64,000 bases of DNA from the NCBI GenBank assembly GCA_966211835.1, contig CBIHNV010000002.1, positions 110,751-174,750 of the forward strand, in the 5' to 3' direction. This DNA comes from an uncultured Sphingobium sp. GTDB taxonomy: Bacteria > Pseudomonadota > Alphaproteobacteria > Sphingomonadales > Sphingomonadaceae. Each line of letters begins with the position of its first letter. Position 1 is the stretch's first letter. This document shows positions 1 to 10,112 of the stretch, one piece after another. A program made the position numbers and the translations under genes. A model generated the notes under the pieces. The model had not been told where the DNA came from, did no database searches, and worked only from the letters and a program-made list of their open reading frames with translations.

Positions 1-202
1 CAGCATGCTTCAGGTCCATATAGTTTTTTGAACGGGACAGCGGCGTATCCAGCTCATAATGGTCGGCAAGCTTCAACCGCGCGTGAATGGAAATGCGCAG
101 CGGCTGGGGCAGATGGGTTTCTTCCGAATAGATGCCCGTCAGGACATCGACGTCCAGATGATTGACCTCCAGCGTCAGAAAATCGTCAAATCCGCTGTGC
201 AT
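1..202 (-). CDS. folB: Dihydroneopterin aldolase family protein, 3'-truncated by the window edge
   Basis: Hand translation MHSGFDDFLTLEVNHLDVDVLTGIYSEETHLPQPLRISIHARL...SKNYMDLKH resembles the FolB N-terminus (GIYxxE..QPLRI). AGGAAAG RBS upstream. Confidence 0.65.
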   Translation of the reverse strand, partial: MHSGFDDFLTLEVNHLDVDVLTGIYSEETHLPQPLRISIHARLKLADHYELDTPLSRSKNYMDLKHA

Positions 203-313
203 GGCTTTCCTGCTGCTGGCGATGGCCAGAATAGACTTTAATTTTGCGGAGCAGGCGCTAATCCCGCCGCTCCCGGCGCGGTCCATGCGCCATTGACGGC
301 GGATCGGCAAGAC

Positions 314-832
314 GTGTCTCATATTGTGCCCCTCAACATCGTGGCGGAAGAGGCGATCGAGCAGTTGCTTGATGCTGCTTTCGGGCCCGACCGGCACGGC
401 CGCACCGCCTATCTGATCCGGCAAGGCATGGCCTGGGCGCCCGAACTGTCGTTCGCTATGATGGACGAGCATGGCAAACTGGCCGGGACACTGCAAAGCT
501 GGCCCGTCGCGCTCACCCATGACAACGGAACGCAAACACCGCTTATCATGGTGGGTCCTGTCGCTGTGTCACCGGCCCTTCAGCGCACCGGTCATGGCCG
601 CGCGCTGATGGACGCGGTCGTGAACGCCGCCCGCGCTCATCATAGCGAGCCGCTGATCATGATCGGCGATCCGGAATATTATAGCCGCTTCTGGGGCTTT
701 TCCGCCGCAGCCACCGGCGGCTGGAGCTGCCCCGGCCCCTATGAAGCGCGCCGCCTGCTCGCCCTCTCGGTCGATGGCTCGGCAATCGGAGGGGCGGGCA
801 TGCTGGGGCCGCGAATCACCGCAGAGGTGTGA
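314..832 (+). CDS. GNAT family N-acetyltransferase
   Basis: Acetyl-CoA motif A (VAVSPALQRTGHGRALM) and IGDPEYYSRFWGF. GTG start at 314 chosen; track ORF begins at 293. Confidence 0.8.
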   Translation: MSHIVPLNIVAEEAIEQLLDAAFGPDRHGRTAYLIRQGMAWAPELSFAMMDEHGKLAGTLQSWPVALTHDNGTQTPLIMVGPVAVSPALQRTGHGRALMDAVVNAARAHHSEPLIMIGDPEYYSRFWGFSAAATGGWSCPGPYEARRLLALSVDGSAIGGAGMLGPRITAEV

Positions 833-875
833 TTTCCCTTTTGCCTTCCCCGCCGCGCGATCCTATCTCGACGGC

Positions 876-1442
876 ATGCCGATGGACCCGCTACCCGATC
901 TTGCAAATCTCTCGCTCGCCGACATAGCCCGTCTGGCGCAGGACAAGCGGCTGCCGCCTGTCGGCAAGTGGAACCCCGACCATTGTGGCGACAGCGAGAT
1001 GCGCATCGCCCGCGATGGCACCTGGTTCCATCAAGGCTCGCCGATCGGCCGGGAAGCGATGGTGCGGCTCTTCTCCACGATCCTGCGGCGTGAGAGAGAC
1101 GGTTCCTATGTACTTGTAACTCCACTTGAAAAGCTCTCGATAGAAGTTGAAGACGCTCCCTTCCTCGCGGTGGAGCTGAAAAGCGAGGGCGAAGGCCGCA
1201 GCCGCGCCCTCGCCTTCCGCCTTAACACCGGCGACCTGATAGCCGCAGGGCCCGGAAACCCCCTCGTCATCCGGGAAACGCCCGACGGCCCGCATCCTTA
1301 TCTCCATGTTCGCGGCGGCCTTGAGGCATTGGTCAATCGCAGCGTCTATTATGAACTGATGAACCTCGCGCTTGATGAAGCGAGCGACCCGGTCGGCCTG
1401 TGGAGCAACGGCGCCTTCTACCCGCTGGATGGCTCCGCATGA
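876..1442 (+). CDS. DUF1285 domain protein
   Basis: RLPPVGKWNPDHCGDSEMRIARDGTWFHQGSPIGR...LVTPLEKLSIEVEDAPF is typical of DUF1285. Confidence 0.75.
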   Translation: MPMDPLPDLANLSLADIARLAQDKRLPPVGKWNPDHCGDSEMRIARDGTWFHQGSPIGREAMVRLFSTILRRERDGSYVLVTPLEKLSIEVEDAPFLAVELKSEGEGRSRALAFRLNTGDLIAAGPGNPLVIRETPDGPHPYLHVRGGLEALVNRSVYYELMNLALDEASDPVGLWSNGAFYPLDGSA

Positions 1443-2050
1443 GCCTGGCTGACCGGCTGCGATCCGCGCTGGCTGAGGGACATGCCCGCGAAGTCGGGCT
1501 GACGACATCGGACACGCGCGATCCACGCATCGATGGCGAACTGGTGCTTGCGCCTGCCGCCGTGCTCGTCGCCATCACCGACCGGCCGGAACCCGGCCTT
1601 ATCCTTACCGAGCGGGCGGCTTCCCTGCGCAAGCATGCGGGCCAGATAGCGTTCCCCGGCGGGCGCGTTGATCAGGAAGACGCAGACGAGATTGCCGGGG
1701 CGTTGCGTGAGGCGAAGGAGGAAATAGCCCTCCCGCCCGATATGGTGGATATCATCGGGATAACCGATCGCTACCATACATTTACCGGCTTCGACATCGT
1801 GCCCGTCCTGGGCGTCATTCCGCCCAACCTGCCGCTCACGCCGCAAGCCGACGAGGTGGCGGACTGGTTCGAGCTGCCCCTGTCTTTCGCCCTGGACCCC
1901 GCCAACCGCATCAAACATGCTGTGAACTTCCAAGGTGTTGAGCGGCACTATTATGAAATCATGTGGAACGACCGCCGCATCTGGGGCATCACCGCCGCCA
2001 TCCTTGCCAATCTCTCGCGGAGGCTCGATCTTGACCGCCTTGTTGCCTGA
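1439..2050 (+). CDS. NUDIX hydrolase, CoA pyrophosphatase type
   Basis: LRKHAGQIAFPGG (NuCoA motif) plus Nudix box ALREAKEEIAL. ATGA overlap with the upstream gene. Confidence 0.88.
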   Translation: MSLADRLRSALAEGHAREVGLTTSDTRDPRIDGELVLAPAAVLVAITDRPEPGLILTERAASLRKHAGQIAFPGGRVDQEDADEIAGALREAKEEIALPPDMVDIIGITDRYHTFTGFDIVPVLGVIPPNLPLTPQADEVADWFELPLSFALDPANRIKHAVNFQGVERHYYEIMWNDRRIWGITAAILANLSRRLDLDRLVA

Positions 2051-3242
2051 TGCCGAATGGCGTCATCGGCCCGGCCTAGATGGCCTGCTCACTGCGCTGG
2101 GGGCGGAACAGGGCCTTGCCCGCTATGTCGGCGGAGCGGTACGCGATGGCCTGCTTGGGCTCCCCGTCAACGACCTCGACATCGCGACTGCACTGGAGCC
2201 GCAACAGGTGGTCGATCGCCTCAAGGCCGCCGGGATCAAGGCGGTGCCCACCGGCATCGACCATGGCACCGTCACCGCCGTAATTGCGGGGTGGCCGGTC
2301 GAGATCACGACCCTGCGCCGCGATGTCAGCACCGATGGCCGCCGCGCGACCATTGCCTATACTACCGAGTGGCAAGAGGATGCAGCCCGGCGTGATTTCA
2401 CCATCAACGCCCTTTATGCCGACCCCCAAACCCACGAGATCACCGACTTCTTCGGCGGCGTCGATGATCTGCGCGCGGGCCGCGTCCGCTTCATCGGCAG
2501 CGCCGTCGAGCGAATTGCGGAGGATCATCTCCGCATTCTGCGCTACTTCCGCTTCCTCGCACGCTTCGGCCGCGACACAGTGGATGAGGAAGCCTATGCC
2601 GCCTGCCGCGCCGCCGCCAACAGCCTGATGGCGCTATCTCGCGAGCGTATCGCCGACGAATTGCTGAAGCTGCTCGCCCTTCCCGATCCGCTCACCTCGC
2701 TTCGACTGATGGTCGATGGCGGTATCTTCCTTCCGGTCCTGCCGGAAATCGGATCTGACGGGCTTGTGCGGGTAGAGCAGCTTGTCCAGCGCGAGACTGA
2801 AGCCGCTATTTCGCCCGCCGCCCTGCGCCGTCTGGCCGCGCTTCTTCCTCCAGACGCCCGCACCGCCGATGCTGTCGGCGCGCGTCTCAAACTGTCCAAC
2901 AAAGCTAGAAAGCGCCTGGGCATCGCGCTTGAACCGATGTCTGAGTCAAGCTCGCCCAGGGCGCTTGCCTTCCAGGTCGGCGTGGAAGGCGCCATCGACC
3001 GGATCCTGCTCGACCGCTCCTCACCAATCGACGGCATCGCCGAGCTTGAAGGCTGGGTCCCGCCGCAACTCCCTATCGGCGGAGGCGCGCTCATCACGCG
3101 CGGCCTGCGCCCCGGGCCTGACGTCGCCAAAGCCTTGGGCGAAGTGCAGAGCGCTTGGGTGGATGAAGGGTTCCCGGAAGAAGCCCGGGTCAATCAGATC
3201 GCTGATCAGATCGTCTCGAAATTCCAGCGCGCGCGCCAATAA
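2031..3242 (+). CDS. cca: CCA tRNA nucleotidyltransferase
   Basis: YVGGAVRD..DLDIAT, RRDFTINAL and EDHLRILRYFRF motifs. TTG start inferred. Confidence 0.85.
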   Translation: MTALLPDAEWRHRPGLDGLLTALGAEQGLARYVGGAVRDGLLGLPVNDLDIATALEPQQVVDRLKAAGIKAVPTGIDHGTVTAVIAGWPVEITTLRRDVSTDGRRATIAYTTEWQEDAARRDFTINALYADPQTHEITDFFGGVDDLRAGRVRFIGSAVERIAEDHLRILRYFRFLARFGRDTVDEEAYAACRAAANSLMALSRERIADELLKLLALPDPLTSLRLMVDGGIFLPVLPEIGSDGLVRVEQLVQRETEAAISPAALRRLAALLPPDARTADAVGARLKLSNKARKRLGIALEPMSESSSPRALAFQVGVEGAIDRILLDRSSPIDGIAELEGWVPPQLPIGGGALITRGLRPGPDVAKALGEVQSAWVDEGFPEEARVNQIADQIVSKFQRARQ

Positions 3243-4957
3243 TCGAACGCCTCATTTTCCGGCATGGGGCGCGCGAAGTAGAAGCCCTGCCCATGGCCGC
3301 AGCCCATGGATTGCAGCGCGTGGGCCAGTTCCTGCGTCTCTATGCCTTCCGCCGTGACGTGCAGGTTCAGCGATTCGGCCAGCGACAGGATCGTGCGAAC
3401 GATCGCCTGCTTGTCCTTGTCCTCAAGCATGGTGGACACAAAGCTGCGATCGATCTTCAAAATGTCGATCGGCAGGCTGTGCAGGCTCGCCAGATTGGAG
3501 TAGCCGGTGCCGAAATCGTCCATGGCGATCGGCATCTGCAGGTCTTTCAGCGCCACCAGCAGCTTCCGCGCCTTGTCCGGATCGGCGATGATCGCGCTTT
3601 CCGTCAATTCAACGGTCAGGCGCTTGCCCGACACCCCCGAATAACGCAGCGCCTCCTCGAACATCGACGCCACATCGTCGCGCGCCATCTGGATGGGCGA
3701 CAGGTTCACGTTGACGCCTACCGGCAAAGCCTGCCCGAACTTCGCGTCCCAGCGGCTGAGCGCCTGCGCCGCCTCATAGGCCGCCCAGCGCCCAAGCGGC
3801 GTGATGAGGCCGCTTTCCTCGGCCACCGCGATGAACTCGCATGGCGACACATTGCCAAGGTCCGGGTCGTTCCAGCGGGCGAGCGCCTCGAAACCGGTGA
3901 TTTCGCCCGTCTGCAACTGGATCAGAGGCTGATAGGCCAGCGTCAGGTCACCCTGCGCCAACGCAGTCCGCAGGCGGCTTTCGATGGAAAAGCGCCGCTG
4001 CGCTTCCTTGAGCACCCCGTTGCGGTAGATTTCCACCTTTCCGCTGCGCTTGGCGATCTTCACCGCCGCCTGCGCCTTGCGCACCACATCGTCGGGGTCG
4101 TCATCAAGGCTGGTCGACAGCGCACAGCCGATCGCGCAATCCACGCGGATTTGCAGATCGCTCAGCCGGATGGGCGAACTCAGCGCGTCCTTCACCCTCT
4201 GAACGATATGAAGACAGTCAGACAAACCGTTGTTAAGGCGTGCAAATATCGCAAAGTCGTTTCCGCCGATCCGGGCCAGCACGTCGCCTTGCCGCAAATT
4301 CGACTTCAACCGTTTTGCGACCGTGATCAGCAGTTCGTCGCCAGCCATCGGTCCCAGCGATTCGTTGACACGGCTGAACCTGCTGAGATCGATCGCGATG
4401 ATGCCGAATTGCGAATTGCCCGGCCATGGCGTGTTGCGCAGCCGGTCTTCAATCTCTTCGCCAAAGCCCGTGCGGTTCGGCAACGCTGTCAGCCCGTCCG
4501 ACAATAATTCCCGCCGCAGGTTCCTCTCGGTGACCCGGTCGCTGGTGCGGTCCATCGCCGTGAAAAGGATGAGGTTCACGCCCTCTTCGTCCGACGGCAG
4601 CAGGCCAGCCGTGCAGGAAAAATATTCCGGACCCAGCGGACCGTCTCGCCGCAATTCAAAGGAAGAGGAGACATTGTCGGTCAGTGCGACCTCCAAAATC
4701 CGCTCTCGCCAATCCTTGCAATAAGGCAGCTCGGCCCCCAGCTCGCTGCTTTCCAGGAAGCTGCTGTAGAATGTCTTGTTGACAGCAACGATCATCAAGT
4801 CGCTGTCTTTAAAGCATAACATGGCGGCGGCGTGCGGCACGGCCTCCAGCCAATGCTCCATCTCGGCCCGGCAGCGCAGATGCGTGCGCTCGAACCTCGC
4901 AAGGAGGCCGTCGTCCAGCCTTTGACTTGGCCGAATACGCACAGGGACCGATTTCAT
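3206..4957 (-). CDS. GGDEF-EAL protein, probable c-di-GMP phosphodiesterase
   Basis: DGLTALPNR, degenerate GGNDF active site, intact EAL and DDFGTGYS. Start at MKSVPV is uncertain. Confidence 0.88.
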   Translation of the reverse strand: MKSVPVRIRPSQRLDDGLLARFERTHLRCRAEMEHWLEAVPHAAAMLCFKDSDLMIVAVNKTFYSSFLESSELGAELPYCKDWRERILEVALTDNVSSSFELRRDGPLGPEYFSCTAGLLPSDEEGVNLILFTAMDRTSDRVTERNLRRELLSDGLTALPNRTGFGEEIEDRLRNTPWPGNSQFGIIAIDLSRFSRVNESLGPMAGDELLITVAKRLKSNLRQGDVLARIGGNDFAIFARLNNGLSDCLHIVQRVKDALSSPIRLSDLQIRVDCAIGCALSTSLDDDPDDVVRKAQAAVKIAKRSGKVEIYRNGVLKEAQRRFSIESRLRTALAQGDLTLAYQPLIQLQTGEITGFEALARWNDPDLGNVSPCEFIAVAEESGLITPLGRWAAYEAAQALSRWDAKFGQALPVGVNVNLSPIQMARDDVASMFEEALRYSGVSGKRLTVELTESAIIADPDKARKLLVALKDLQMPIAMDDFGTGYSNLASLHSLPIDILKIDRSFVSTMLEDKDKQAIVRTILSLAESLNLHVTAEGIETQELAHALQSMGCGHGQGFYFARPMPENEAFDYWRARWNFETI

Positions 4958-5042
4958 AAGGCCCGGATTACGCACCAGTGGTAAATTTTCAGGAAACGAC
5001 ACGCTGTCATTTCCAGCAGATGAGCGGATTGTTACGGAATCA

Positions 5043-7331
5043 TCAAAAGCGGTTGTCACGAGGGAAGCCCACCGGCGGCATCCGGCCCGCTGCACCGCGC
5101 GCGACGCGCCAAGGGGTCATGTCCGCCTCCGTCCGCGTCCGCCCGCTTTCGCCGCCCATAGTCCAACTCAGGCCATCGCTCATGCGAAACGCAACGGCGT
5201 CCGAAAGCCCACCGTCTCGATAACGCTGCATCTGCACGCCCTGCCCGCGCGCCATGCGCGGCATCTCCACAAGCGGGAATACCAGCAGCTTGCGGTTTTC
5301 GCCGACGACGGCGACGCTGTCCGCCTCGGCCGCTATGACGTGAACCACGGTCAACCGGGACCCGGCCCGCACATTCACCACCTGCTTGCCCTTGCGGGTT
5401 TCGGCAATCACGTCCGAAACCGCCGCGACAAAGCCCCTGCCGTCCGACGCCGCAAGCAGCAGCTCGCTGCCTGCCCGCGCCGGGAAAAGCGCCACAATGT
5501 CGCCCTGATCATCCATATCGACAAGCGACCGCACCGGATCACCAAAGCCACGCCCGCCCGGCAGCTTGTCCGCGCCCAGCGTGAAGACCCGCCCGCTCGC
5601 CGTCGCCAGCAGCAGCTTGTCGGTCGTCTGCGCGTGGAAGGCGATCTTGGGCCCGTCGCCTTCCTTGAACTTCAGCGTGTCCGCCGAGGCCAGGTCGCGA
5701 TGGCCGCTCATCGCCCTTATCCAGCCACGCTCGGACAGGATGACGGTGATCGGCTCGCGCTCGATCATCGCCTCCAACGGAATTTCGCGCGCGGGCGCCG
5801 CTTCCTCCACCAATGTGCGCCGCTTGCCCATATCTGTCTCGGGCGAATAGCGCTTGCGCAGGTCCGCAAGGTCCTTCTTCAGCCGGTTGCGCTGGCGGGT
5901 CGGGCTCTCGACCAGCTTCGTCAGCTCGTCCCGCTCTTTGATCAGCTGCGAATGCTCACGCCGCAGCTCCATCTCCTCCAGCTTGCGCAACGAACGCAAC
6001 CGCATGTTGAGGATGGCTTCGGCCTGCCGGTCGTTGAGCCCGAACTCCTCCATCATCACTGCCTTGGGCTCATCCTCGGTCCGGATGATCTCGATCACCC
6101 GGTCGAGGTTGAGATAGGCGATGATATAGCCGTCGAGCAGCTCCAACCGGGCCGCGATCTTGTCCAGCCGATGGCGAGCACGCCGCACCAGCACGTCGAT
6201 CTGATGCTTCAGCCACTCGACCAGCACCGGCTTCAGCCCAAGCACGCGCGGCGTCCGGGTCGCGTCCAGCACATTGAGGTTCAGCGGGAAGCGGTTTTCA
6301 AGGTCGGTCAGCCGGAACAGGCTGTCCATCAGCACGTCGGGATCGACCGTCCGCGCACGCGGTTCGATGACGATCCGGATTTCCGCATCGCTCTCATCGC
6401 GGACGTCCGCCAATATCGGCAGCTTCTTGTCGTTGATCAGCGCGGCGATCTGCTCGATCAGCTTGGATTTCTGCACCTGGAACGGGATCTGCGTGACGAT
6501 CGCCACCCATGTCCCCCGCCCGCCATCCTCCTTATGCCAGCGCGCCCGCGTTCGGAAAGAACCGCGCCCAGTCGCATAGGCTTCCGAAATGATCGACGGA
6601 CTATCCACCAGCACCCCGCCGGTCGGAAAGTCCGGCCCACGCACGATCTGCATCAGGTCCGCATGCTCGGCGTCGGGATTGTCAATCAGCAGAGCCGCCG
6701 CGTCGATCAGTTCGGACACATTATGCGGCGGAATGCTCGTCGCCATGCCGACCGCGATCCCGCTCGCGCCATTGGCGAGCAGGTTGGGGAAGAGCCCCGG
6801 AAAGACCTCCGGCTCTTCATCCTCGCCATTATAGGTCGGCCGGAACTCGACGGTGCCTTCGTCCAGCCCGGCCATCAGGTCGGCTGCCGCCTGGGTCAGC
6901 CGCGCCTCGGTATAGCGCATCGCCGCTGCATAATCGCCGTCGATATTGCCGAAGTTACCCTGTCCATCGACCAGCGGGGTTCGCAGGGAGAAGTCCTGCG
7001 CCAACCGCACCATGGCATCATATACCGAAGAGTCGCCGTGCGGATGATATTTGCCGATGACGTCGCCCACGACGCGCGCGCACTTCTTGTAGGACGTTGT
7101 GTTGCGCGCCGGGTTGGCGACCAGCACGTCCGGCGAAGCGCCGCCCGGCTCCATCTTCAACAGCCGCATCGCCCACAACAAGCGCCGGTGCACCGGCTTC
7201 AACCCATCGCGCAGGTCCGGCAGCGACCGCGCCGTGATGGTGGAAAGCGCGTAGACGAGGTAGCGCTGCGACAGCGCTTCGTCGAACGGGTGATCCTTGA
7301 TAGCGTCGAACGGGTCGCGAAAATCGGTCAT
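5043..7331 (-). CDS. parC: DNA topoisomerase IV subunit A
   Basis: [23 protein letters not shown], catalytic AAMRYTE, C-terminal beta-pinwheel repeats. Confidence 0.95.
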   Translation of the reverse strand: MTDFRDPFDAIKDHPFDEALSQRYLVYALSTITARSLPDLRDGLKPVHRRLLWAMRLLKMEPGGASPDVLVANPARNTTSYKKCARVVGDVIGKYHPHGDSSVYDAMVRLAQDFSLRTPLVDGQGNFGNIDGDYAAAMRYTEARLTQAAADLMAGLDEGTVEFRPTYNGEDEEPEVFPGLFPNLLANGASGIAVGMATSIPPHNVSELIDAAALLIDNPDAEHADLMQIVRGPDFPTGGVLVDSPSIISEAYATGRGSFRTRARWHKEDGGRGTWVAIVTQIPFQVQKSKLIEQIAALINDKKLPILADVRDESDAEIRIVIEPRARTVDPDVLMDSLFRLTDLENRFPLNLNVLDATRTPRVLGLKPVLVEWLKHQIDVLVRRARHRLDKIAARLELLDGYIIAYLNLDRVIEIIRTEDEPKAVMMEEFGLNDRQAEAILNMRLRSLRKLEEMELRREHSQLIKERDELTKLVESPTRQRNRLKKDLADLRKRYSPETDMGKRRTLVEEAAPAREIPLEAMIEREPITVILSERGWIRAMSGHRDLASADTLKFKEGDGPKIAFHAQTTDKLLLATASGRVFTLGADKLPGGRGFGDPVRSLVDMDDQGDIVALFPARAGSELLLAASDGRGFVAAVSDVIAETRKGKQVVNVRAGSRLTVVHVIAAEADSVAVVGENRKLLVFPLVEMPRMARGQGVQMQRYRDGGLSDAVAFRMSDGLSWTMGGESGRTRTEADMTPWRVARGAAGRMPPVGFPRDNRF

Positions 7332-7474
7332 CGCGATCGGAATAGCAGCGCAACGACAAAACGGAAACGGGGATTGCGGTCTTGGCTGCTGGCCGAGACA
7401 GCCGCGCTTTGAAAAATTCGCGCAGCCCGGCGACCAAGGCTTGCACATTCGTTGCAACGCGCCAATTTGCGCCC

Positions 7475-8236
7475 GTGTCCGATTCAAGCCCCCACCTCAC
7501 CACCCTTCCCCCGCCGCCAGCTTCCCTGCTGGCAGATGCATCGCTCTTCCTGGACTTTGACGGAACCCTCGCGCCGATCGCCGCGACCCCCGATGGCGTG
7601 GTCGTTGACGATGAGCTGCTCGCGATGCTCCGCAACCTGCGCGACGCTCTGGACGGCCGCCTCGCCATTGTCAGCGGCCGGTCGGTCGAGACCCTGCGGG
7701 AACTTGGCTTTGGCGACTTCCTGCTCGCCGGAACCCACGGGCTGGAGTTTGCAGAGCCCGGCGAACAGGTCGAAGCCCCCGCCCGCCGCCCAGCGGTGGA
7801 TGATGCCGAAGCCGCTTTTCATACATTCGCGGATGGCAAGCCCGGCGTCCTTGTCGAACGCAAGACGATCAGCGTCGGCCTGCACTTTCGCGGCGCACCC
7901 CAATGGGGCGAGCAGGCGGGCGAACTCGCCACCCATCTTGCTGAAAAGCTCGGCCTCGCTGTCCAGCCGGGCAAGATGCTGTTCGAACTGCGCCCCGGCG
8001 GCGCGGACAAGGGCAGCGCGGTTCACACCCTTATGGCCCGTTCGCCCATGGCTGGCGGCCGCCCGCTCTTCATCGGTGATGATGTGACCGATGAGGAAGG
8101 CTTTGCCGCCGCAGCCGAATTGGGCGGCGCGGGCATTCTGGTCGGCCCGCCCCGGGCGACACTTGCCGCATTCTCTTTGGAACAGGTTGCCGCCGTCAGG
8201 CATTATCTTGGAAAGGGGGTCGTCAGGCCGGGCTGA
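7475..8236 (+). CDS. otsB: Trehalose-6-phosphate phosphatase
   Basis: HAD motifs FLDFDGTL, DKG and FIGDDVTDE; operon with otsA. Confidence 0.9.
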   Translation: MSDSSPHLTTLPPPPASLLADASLFLDFDGTLAPIAATPDGVVVDDELLAMLRNLRDALDGRLAIVSGRSVETLRELGFGDFLLAGTHGLEFAEPGEQVEAPARRPAVDDAEAAFHTFADGKPGVLVERKTISVGLHFRGAPQWGEQAGELATHLAEKLGLAVQPGKMLFELRPGGADKGSAVHTLMARSPMAGGRPLFIGDDVTDEEGFAAAAELGGAGILVGPPRATLAAFSLEQVAAVRHYLGKGVVRPG

Positions 8237-8282
8237 GCCGTGGCTGGCGCCCCTTCGTTCGAACGAACCAGGGGGCAGAACG

Positions 8283-10112
8283 ATAGTCAGGACCAATCAA
8301 ACCCATTTCGCCGGGAACGAACGCAATCTCGATCTCTGGCCGATCGGCAATTGCCAGGCTTCCGCGCTGATTGACCGCGCCGGGCGGATGATATGGGCAT
8401 GCGTGCCCCGCGTGGACGGCGACCCCGTCTTTTCCGCTCTTCTCGATGACAAGGCGTGGGACCAGCCGGACGCACGCGGCTTCTGGGCGATCGAGCTGGA
8501 AAACTGCGTCACCGTCGAACAGCATTATATCCGCAACACGCCGATCCTCGTCACGCGCCAGACCGATGACCATGGCAACGCCATAGAGCTTTATGATTTC
8601 TGCCCGCGTCACCGGCATTTGGGCCGCATGTATCGCCCGGTGGCCTTTTGCCGGATCGTCCGCCCCGTCGCTGGCAGCCCCCGCGTCCGCGTCCGGCTGC
8701 GTCCCACGACGTCCTGGCATTCGGAACAGGTGCCGATCAGCTACGGCTCCAACCATATAAGGCTGGTCTTGTCCTATATGGCGATGCGGATGTCGACCAA
8801 TGCGCCCATCGGCCTCATTTCCCAGGAAAGCTGGTTCCGCCTGGAACATGACATGCATTTCTTCCTCGGCCCGGACGAAAGTTTCTCCGATGCGCTGCGC
8901 CCCGCGGTGGAGCGGATGCTGGACGACACCATCCACGAATGGCAGGTCTGGGTCCGGGGCCTCGCCATTCCCGCCGAATGGCAGGAAGCTGTCATCCGCT
9001 CGGCCATCACGTTAAAGCTGTGCCAGCATGAGGAAACCGGCGCGATCGTCGCGGCACTCACCACCAGCATCCCCGAACATGCCGATTCGGGACGCAATTG
9101 GGACTATCGCTACTGCTGGATACGCGACGCCTATTATACGGTCGAAGCGCTCAACCGCCTCGGCGCGCTCGACGTGTTGGAAAGCTATCTCGTCTACCTC
9201 CGCAACATCGTTGACGGTGCAAAGGGCGGCCATATCCAGCCGCTCTATGACGTGCGCGGCAATGCCACGCTGGAGGAAGGCGAGGCGGAAAATCTGCCCG
9301 GCTATCGCGGCATGGGCCCGGTCCGCGTCGGCAACGCCGCTTATTCGCAGATCCAACATGACGCCTATGGGCAGATCGTCCTGTCCTCGGTCCAGGGCTT
9401 CATCGACCAGCGCCTGCTCCGCATGGCGGGCATGTCCGACTTCGAAGCGCTCGAAGCCGTCGGTGAACGCGCGTGGTCGGTCTATGACCAACCGGACGCT
9501 GGCCTTTGGGAACTGCGCACCCGCGCCCATGTGCACAGCTATAGCGCCGTCATGTGCTGGGCCGCGTGCGACCGCCTCGCCCATGCCGCCGCCGCGCTAG
9601 ACCTCTCCGATCGCGAGATCCATTGGCGCGAGCGGGCCGAAATCATGAAGGCGCGCATCCTCCAGTCATCCTGGCGGACCGAAAGCAACGCCATCTCCGC
9701 CAATTTTGAGGATGACGCCCGCGACGCCTCGCTGCTCCAGCTTCTCGACCTGCGCTTTCTGACTGCCGACAATCCGATGTTCGTCGGCACATTGAAGGCG
9801 CTGGAAAAGGACCTGCGGCGCGGCAACAACATGCTCCGCTACAGCACGCCCGACGATTTCGGCGAGCCGGTCACGGCGTTCAACGTCTGCACCTTCTGGC
9901 TCATCGAGGCATTGCATCGCACGGGCCGGACAGAAGAAGCGCGGCTGCTGTTTGAAGAAATGCTGTCCCGTCGCACCGCCGCGGGACTATTGTCGGAGGA
10001 TATCGATCCCGTGACCGGCGAATTGTGGGGCAATTATCCCCAAACCTACTCATTGGTCGGCATCATCAACTGCGCCGTTCTGCTGAGCAAGCCGTGGAGC
10101 GTGATGCGATGA
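8283..10112 (+). CDS. Glycoside hydrolase family 15 (trehalase/glucoamylase-like)
   Basis: AALTTSIPE, RNWDYRYCWIRDA, DAGLWELR and LWGNYPQTYS motifs. Start uncertain: ATA at 8283 behind an AGGGGG RBS, or TTG at 8208. Confidence 0.88.
   Translation: MVRTNQTHFAGNERNLDLWPIGNCQASALIDRAGRMIWACVPRVDGDPVFSALLDDKAWDQPDARGFWAIELENCVTVEQHYIRNTPILVTRQTDDHGNAIELYDFCPRHRHLGRMYRPVAFCRIVRPVAGSPRVRVRLRPTTSWHSEQVPISYGSNHIRLVLSYMAMRMSTNAPIGLISQESWFRLEHDMHFFLGPDESFSDALRPAVERMLDDTIHEWQVWVRGLAIPAEWQEAVIRSAITLKLCQHEETGAIVAALTTSIPEHADSGRNWDYRYCWIRDAYYTVEALNRLGALDVLESYLVYLRNIVDGAKGGHIQPLYDVRGNATLEEGEAENLPGYRGMGPVRVGNAAYSQIQHDAYGQIVLSSVQGFIDQRLLRMAGMSDFEALEAVGERAWSVYDQPDAGLWELRTRAHVHSYSAVMCWAACDRLAHAAAALDLSDREIHWRERAEIMKARILQSSWRTESNAISANFEDDARDASLLQLLDLRFLTADNPMFVGTLKALEKDLRRGNNMLRYSTPDDFGEPVTAFNVCTFWLIEALHRTGRTEEARLLFEEMLSRRTAAGLLSEDIDPVTGELWGNYPQTYSLVGIINCAVLLSKPWSVMR

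Noticed and set aside
741-875. Long N-terminal extensions in track ORFs (DUF1285, cca, parC, otsB, purC, gspF, gspK and others)
   Set aside because: They overlap upstream genes or promoters and lack an RBS; downstream starts fit the family N-termini.
7015-7050. Quinolone-resistance mutation in the ParC QRDR
   Set aside because: [10 protein letters not shown] keeps Ser and an acidic residue at the key positions.
5340-7412. 690-aa ORF antisense to parC, and similar long antisense ORFs (3293-4507, 24923-26572, 29385-30788, 31039-32157, 42114-43340, 52048-53931, 55743-57164)
   Set aside because: Shadow frames of real genes in high-GC DNA; no recognisable motifs.
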